This document shows positions 58,571 through 64,000 of a stretch of DNA of 64,000 bases, in pieces. Each line of letters opens with the position of its first letter. The first letter of the stretch is position 1. A program made the translations under genes and the position numbers. A model generated the notes under the pieces. It saw nothing but the letters and a program-made list of their open reading frames with translations, was not told the origin of the DNA and ran no database searches. The stretch is from the human T2T-CHM13v2.0 reference genome, Homo sapiens: the NCBI RefSeq assembly GCF_009914755.1, contig NC_060931.1. One strand, 5' to 3'.

Positions 58571-59660
58571 CTATCTCTGCATCTGTATCTTCATCTGTAT
58601 TTGTAATCTCTGTGTCTGTATCTATGTCTGTAACTGTACCTGCATCGATCTGTAGCTGCATCTCTACTGTATCTATCTGTATCTGCATCTGCATCTATAT
58701 ATATCTCTGTCTCTGTAATTGTATCTGCATCTGCATATGTATCTATCTCTGTATCTGTATCTGCATCTGTATCTGTATCTATCTTTGTATCTGTATCTAT
58801 GTCTGCATCTGTATCTGTCTCTGTATCTGCATCTGTTTTTGCATCTATCTCTGTATCTGCATCTGTCTCTGTATCTGTATCTGCATCTGTATCTGTATCT
58901 ATCTCTGTATCTCTGTCTGCATCTGTATCTGTATCTGCATCTGTATTTGCATCTATCTCTGTATCTGCATCTGCATCTATATCTGTATCCATCTTTGTAT
59001 CTGTATCTATGTCTGCATCTGTATCTGTCTCTGTATCTGCATCTGTATTTGCATCTATCTCTGTATCTGTATCTGCATCTGTATCTGTATCTATCTCTGT
59101 ATCTATGTTTGCATCTGTATCTGTGCCTGCATCTGTATTTGCATCTATCTCTGTATCTGTATCTATCTCTGTATCTGCATCTATCTCTGTATCTGCATCT
59201 GCATCTGTATCCATCTCTGTATCTATGTTTGCATCTGTATCTGTGCCTGCATCTGTATTTGCATCTATCTCTGTATCTGTATCTATCTCTGTATCTGCAT
59301 CTATGTCTGTATCTGCATCTGAATCTGTATCTGTATCTAACTCTGTATCTATGTTTGCATCTGTATCTGTATCTGTATCTGCATCTGTATTTGCATCTAT
59401 TTCTGTATCTGTATCTATCTCTGTATCTGCATCTGAATCTGTATCTGTATCTATCTCTGTATCTATGTCTGCATCTGTATCTGTATCTGCATCTACATCT
59501 GTATTTGCATCTATCTCTGTATCTGCAAGTCTCTGTATCTGCATGTGCATCATCTGTATTTGCATCTATCTCTGTATCTATATCTATCTGTATCTGTATC
59601 TGCATCTGTATTTGCATCTATCTCTATATCTGTATCTTTCACTGTATCTGCATCTGTATC
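58571..59660. repeat. Degenerate hexamer array (ATCTGT/ATCTGC/ATCTAT/ATCTCT/ATTTGC), ~1.1 kb
   Basis: 6-bp periodicity; translates to CI, YL, SV, DT and YR dipeptide repeats. Confidence 0.97.
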
Positions 59661-62600
59661 CCAGCTTCTCTTCCTAAGCGCCCAACAGCAGAATCGTCTG
59701 CTTCTCCTTGTCCCTATCTCCCTGAAACTTGGCTACCCTCGGCTCTCCCCAGGGATGATGTCTTTGTTGCTGATCCCAAGAGTGGGTCTCTTCTTCTGTA
59801 CCTGCCTCCGTTTCCTTGGGGGTTAACTGGGGCAGAATCACAGGGACCAGTCCCTGGGTCATCAAATGGTAACCGGGTATCAACAACAAAGCAGTGTAGG
59901 ATGAATAGTGCCGAGCCCATGATGAAGAATGTCATCAGGCTTTCAGGTGTCTTCTCTGTGTATTGGGAAAGTGTCTGGCTCCAGGAGCACTGATGCTTTG
60001 AAGGCTTCTATTTTTAGGCAGCCTACTGCCTGTGAGGTCTAAAACCATCAGCGCTGAGCTCCTGGTCATCTGAGACCCCAAGTGGCCTGGGCAGTGACTT
60101 CTGCATGGGAGATCTGAACACAGCTGTACCTAGGAGTTAGGTCTCCTTTGGTCCAAAGGAATGGGGATGAAGGAGAGAGTGTATTCTGAATGACCTCATC
60201 CTGCTACCAACCTTTAGCCTCCAAAGAGAAAGCTGACGTCTGCTCATATTTGCAATCATTTTTCCTCTTTCTTGCAAAACGGCCCCTTCTGCTGGGAGAG
60301 CATTTGGCAGGCAGCCCGCTGCGGGCTTGCCAAGGCACGGTTTCATCATTGAGAGTATTTCTCAGTGCCCAGCGAGGGGGCAGTGAGGGATTGGCCCCTT
60401 GTGAGTGCCTCCCTGGGGGTAATTCCAGTACACTGGGTGCCTCTTGAGGTGCCTCCTCCAGTCCTGGGTGAGGAGACGATGTCAGAGACGAGGGCACCTG
60501 GTGCAGCTCTGCAAACACTGCAGAAGCAGCAAAGAGCTGGCCCCTGTCCAGTCATGAAAAGGGCTCTCAGGGAGATCACTACCAGGCTTGTCTCTGTAGA
60601 TAAGTGAAAATCACGGTCATGCCCACTGAGCAGATATGCCCTGGCACGAAATGGGGAGGGAGGCAGGGCAGGGACGGGAACAGGAAAGGCCCCAGGGCCA
60701 GCACCAGGGTGGCATGGCAGAGCTCTGGTCCTCAGGAGACTGCAGAAGTCTGGGTCCTCTGTCCAGGAGGGGTGAGGTAGAGATGCACACCGAAATGGTG
60801 GCATTGCACAGGAGCCAGGCAGCTTTGCAAGGTCGTAATGACAGTCGCGCGTGGCTGCTGACAGGAATTACAGTGGAATTCACATTCTGAGTAATAGTTC
60901 CAATTTTGTAAGTGCATTTCTCCTGCAGGCTGGCTCCCTCTGCATGCCCTATAAATAGTGAGTTGTTAAGCATGTCACTCTGCTCTGTCGCACAGGTCCC
61001 TACTGCTGACACAGGCATGCAGTGAAGAAGGGTCAGCCACACACCTTCCCGGAGCTGCCCAGTGTCAGAATTCACTCTCCATTCTTCTCTGTCACTGTCA
61101 CCACGGCGATGACGTCGTCACAGTCATCTTTCTTTTTATTGGAGGCACTGTCCTTCCCATTCCAGGCAAGGGACACTTCCCCACATCTCTTTCTTACTCC
61201 ACCCAAGATGGGCATCATCACCCACCTCAGTCTACACATTGAAGATCAGGTGTTCTCAAAGACAATGATCAATTAACCCCAGGAGTTTGCAGATATCAGC
61301 ACATATTTACTGAGTGTTGAATAGTTAAGATAGGGGGCTAATTAATAAGGGTGCCTTATTCTCACATATTTGCAATTGTATATCTCATCTTCATTTAGAA
61401 TCTCTTTGGGAAAAAAAATTCACCATGTCCATATGTAGAATGTTGAAAGCTTTGGGTCATATTTTTACTTAGCGAAAAGAATATAGAACATTCTTATCCA
61501 GTCACCTGTCATAGGATTAAGAAAACATGCTCCACCCTGCTGTGGCTCAATTTCAGCAGTATTGATTTTATTACTCATACTTTATAAATGAGAATGCTAT
61601 TCTTAAAGAATGCAAACATTTGCTTTGTTGTGCTATTGTCTCAGCCCTGCATAAACCTCTCACTCTTAATATATGCCCATCGATTATTATTCTTGTCATT
61701 ATTTCACAACAGGAGGCATTTTAATGATGATTTACAGGGTTACATATTGTTGGACCATAAACTTCTGTTTGCAATTAAAAAAAAGTTAAATGCAAACTTC
61801 AACTTGAAAATAACTCTTAGGTTTAGCATGATGATAAAATGCAAAGGGTGCTGCCTGCCCTTCCAGAGGCCATCGGAGACCTGCACGTCTTCCTGGCAGA
61901 CGGGGATTGTTGTCTCTGCTCCCCAGGGCTGACCCTGACTTTGGAGGGCTTTGCCTTATCTGTTGTCTGGACGGTGCCATCCTCAGCGCTCACAGGTGAT
62001 CCTTTCTGAACAAGCTGCCTGGTGCAGCTCGCTGGCGCCTCTGGTGGCTGCACCTGGGAGGCCAGTCCTGGTAAGCCGTGGGGACATGGTTTTTCCCAAT
62101 TCAGCTAACAGAGGCTCTTCATGTTATGGCCTTGTCTCCTCTGATGGCGCTGCACGAGTCCTTGCACTCAGAATGACACAAGAAAACCCACAGGGAAATG
62201 AGCTATGGCTCCAGACCAACCTGCTTGAATTCCAGCTCAGATACATCCATTTCCACATCTGTAAAATGGGATTCCCAGCAAGGACCTTGCAGGGTCACTC
62301 CGACATGTGCATGACACCAGGCAGGAACACCCGTGGTCAGGGCTGCCCAGCAGACAAGAGGTGCTCCCGGTGTGTGGGGGCTGCTGGTAGATTGTCCTCC
62401 AACCCCCTTGGAACCTTGGACCTCCCCGCCGCCCCTTGCCTGTTCCTCCCACAGAGGCCTGTCCCTCGGGGAGCTTGCCGGCCTCTAGGCAAGGGGGCCA
62501 GGCCCACCTTCTGGGTGCTGCCTCCCTCATGCTCAGAGTCACTTTCCTTTTCTGGGGTTGTTGCTCCTTCCAATACCTTCATCACTGCCTTGAATTTTGT

Positions 62601-62686
62601 ACCCTGGGGCTTTGTGAGGAGAGGATGCAATTTCCCAAAGCTTTTCAGAGTAAACAACTCAAAATAGATCAAGGTCCATCCTTGGC

Positions 62687-62988
<302 letters not shown>

Positions 62989-64000
62989 CATCCTTACCTT
63001 TTTATCCTTATCCAGAACTGCCATGGTCCCTGGACTCCTTCAGCTTGGAGGGGACCTGCCCGGCACAAACTCCCGGCAGCACTGCCCTGTGAGGGCAGCT
63101 GGTGGCCCCGTCCGGCCTGACCTGCACCTTCCGCCCACACATCTCAGTGGCGGCCTCCTCTGCACTCTGCACCCTTGGGTGTCCAGAGCTGACTGTCATC
63201 CTAAGACAGAATCCAGCCCTGTTCACAGGCCCCTGGGAAAACCACACACACAGGTTACCCCAGGAGCTTGCAGACTTCATTAAGACACAGCGGAGGAGGC
63301 TTCTGGGGCTCATTAGCTTCACCTGTGCTCCCCTTCCATCGTGGTCTCCACAGTGCGGCCCTGACTGCATCCTCGACGCCAGGCACTCACCAAGGATTTT
63401 TGGGGAAGCAAGTACAGCTCCTTTCTAAGAGCAATTCTGTGCTGTGAATTCCCTGACATTTCTCCGGTCTGCTGCATGCACAGTGGCCACTCTGTCTCCT
63501 CGCAGAGTCGGTGTGGACCTTCTAGTCCAGGCCCATGCCCCCCTCACACTTGTGGCTGTGGTTTTTTGTGTGTGTGGCAGAAGGGCACATTTCACACCAG
63601 CAGGCAAGAATATGAACCTACGAGTTGACACATTTAGAGTTGTGTCTGCTTTCTTCAAAAGCTGTCTCCTGTGGGGTCCGCTCTAAGGAAGGAAGATCTC
63701 TTGGTTGTGTAGCTCCAAATCCCTTCACTGCGTCTTCTTCCTTCTTCGTTCCCGACCCCGAGGCAACAGCTTGTCCTTGGTAAGCATCATTCTCTGGGTG
63801 CAGCCCTGCCCTCACCGTGCTGCCATTCTCTCTCCTTTCTCTTCTGTTCAGTTCCAGCTTCAGCACCAGCTCTTCAGGAAGGCCTTCCTGAATGATCCCC
63901 CATTATGCTAGCTTTTTATTAGGATAAAGGCTAAGATGCTGTCACAGAAACCTTCACATGTGGCTGCTTAAGTAAAAACAGGAGTCATCTCTCTTCCACA

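Noticed and set aside
58495-59993. Five 275-424 aa dipeptide-repeat ORFs
   Set aside because: The hexamer array lacks stops in most frames; no promoter or splice evidence

Overview
Human-like (primate) genomic DNA containing the complete coding sequence of Sonic hedgehog (SHH) on the minus strand. It has three coding exons (11266-10967, 5701-5440, 2870-2044; 1389 nt, 462 aa) with canonical GT-AG junctions, an AU-rich 3' UTR with several AATAAA signals, and a promoter with two TATA-like boxes plus a CCAAT box. CpG islands cover the gene body, and intron 2 carries dense transcription-factor motif clusters consistent with the known floor-plate and brain enhancers. The remaining ~52 kb (11.7-64 kb) is non-coding upstream gene desert. 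It contains 13 Alus, old L1 and MaLR fragments (two nested stacks), MIR/MER5/Tigger remnants and several large tandem repeats (33-bp, 16-bp, 30-bp, TG-rich and ATCTGY hexamer arrays). Nearly all other ORFs in the track are GC-rich or repeat-derived artefacts. I found no convincing undescribed protein-coding system. The most interesting observations are regulatory: (i) an in-frame uORF whose stop codon sits inside the proximal TATA box, (ii) a higher-order 33-bp VNTR 5 kb upstream of the promoter, (iii) a hexamer array that generates a cluster of octamer/forkhead motifs, and (iv) a palindrome-bearing candidate enhancer near 23.9 kb. Repeat subfamily names and enhancer names come from recall of consensus sequences and the literature, not from a search.
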